In this document: one piece after another, positions 39,508-40,156 of the stretch
How positions within the stretch are numbered: the first letter of the stretch is position 1
Layout of the letters: each line of letters begins with the position of its first letter
From: Shigella phage ESh23
Strand: one strand, 5' to 3'
Sequence record: ON528733
Length of the DNA stretch: 40,156 nucleotides
Notes under the pieces: generated by a model
The model's input: only the letters and a program-made list of their open reading frames with translations
The model's database searches: none
What the model was told of the DNA's origin: nothing
Made by a program: the position numbers and the translations under genes

Positions 39508-39966
39508 ATGTATATTCGTAAGGCTACTGAACCAGATGTTCACTACCTATTGGGACATCTCTCACAGGATGACGTTAATGAGTGCATGGCAAACTTCGGG
39601 TCGACCAAAGGTCTGACCGACAGAATGCTCAGCCACCTCACTCCGTCATCTGTGGTTTTGACGAATGGCGTAGGCGAAGTGTTTGCCTATGGAGGGAACC
39701 AAGGAGATAACGTGTGGTTCCTGACTTCAAGTCTTGTCGAAAGGTTACGTCCTAAAGACAAGCGTGAGTTCATTCAGCGCATCTCTGAGTACAGGGACTT
39801 AATGTTAGACCAATACGGGACCATCTGGAACTACGTGTGGTCAGGCAACAAGTCTCACATTAGATTCTTGCGGTTGCTGGGAGCTAAGTTTCACCCTGAG
39901 GTGACTATTAGTCCGGTAACAGGTGAGCGTTTTCAACTATTCACAATCTCTAAGGAGGACGTATGA
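39508..39966 (+). CDS. internal virion/assembly protein (T7 gp13 position), 152 aa
   Basis: Synteny between tail tube B and gp14; SD AGGAG; sequence identity to T7 gp13 not confirmed from memory. Confidence 0.6.
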   Translation: MYIRKATEPDVHYLLGHLSQDDVNECMANFGSTKGLTDRMLSHLTPSSVVLTNGVGEVFAYGGNQGDNVWFLTSSLVERLRPKDKREFIQRISEYRDLMLDQYGTIWNYVWSGNKSHIRFLRLLGAKFHPEVTISPVTGERFQLFTISKEDV

Positions 39967-40094
39967 GCCTTAAAGGTTTAATAGCCACCAAGCTCCTATG
40001 CCCTAAGTGCGGACTACATCCAACATTAGCTGGCTACTCCGGGTCTTCGTATTGGTGGTGCTACAAGTGCAACCGGGAGGTGAAAGATGTGTGA
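39963..40094 (+). CDS. zinc-ribbon mini-protein, 43 aa (CPKC-x16-CYKC)
   Basis: ATG overlaps gp13 stop and stop overlaps gp14 ATG; two CxxC pairs spaced as a zinc ribbon. Confidence 0.45.
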   Translation: MSLKGLIATKLLCPKCGLHPTLAGYSGSSYWWCYKCNREVKDV

Positions 40095-40156
40095 ACCAGT
40101 AAGTATCGGCATGGGTATACTGGCTGTAGCCGGGGCCACTATGTCCGCATCTCAAC
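40087..40156 (+). CDS. internal virion protein B (T7 gp14-like), N-terminal 23 codons; continues at window position 1
   Basis: MCEPVSIGMGILAVAGATMSASQ resembles the T7 gp14 N-terminus (MCWAAAIPIAISGAQAISG...); reading frame is continuous across the window junction. Confidence 0.8.
   Translation, partial: MCEPVSIGMGILAVAGATMSASQ

Overview
The window reads as a complete, circularly permuted genome (about 40.2 kb) of a T7-like podophage (Autographiviridae, T7/T3-type organisation). All credible genes are on the + strand in canonical T7 order, but the window is cut inside gene 14, so the order here is: late region (gp14 C-terminus, gp15, gp16, tail fibre, holin, small terminase, spanins, large terminase, gp19.5), the terminal-repeat/concatemer-junction region with host-type early promoters, then early genes (Ocr, kinase, RNA polymerase), DNA metabolism genes (ligase, SSB, endonuclease I, lysozyme, primase-helicase, DNA polymerase, exonuclease) and structural genes (portal, scaffold, capsid 10A/10B, tail tube A/B, gp13, gp14 N-terminus). 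Twelve copies of a phage-RNAP promoter with consensus TAAACTATCACTATAGG(G)A, a Tphi-like terminator and several conserved hairpin elements are visible. No tRNA, CRISPR array or integrase was recognised. The most interesting content is the accessory material relative to the T7 backbone: a tail fibre carrying an SGNH-esterase domain, an Ocr homologue with a C-terminal extension, a transposase-type HTH protein in the early region, two small cassettes flanking the RNAP gene, an acidic protein where T7 has gp5.9, a long capsid 10B frameshift extension, and a zinc-ribbon mini-protein. All homology statements rest on recalled T7 protein sequences and motifs, not on database searches.
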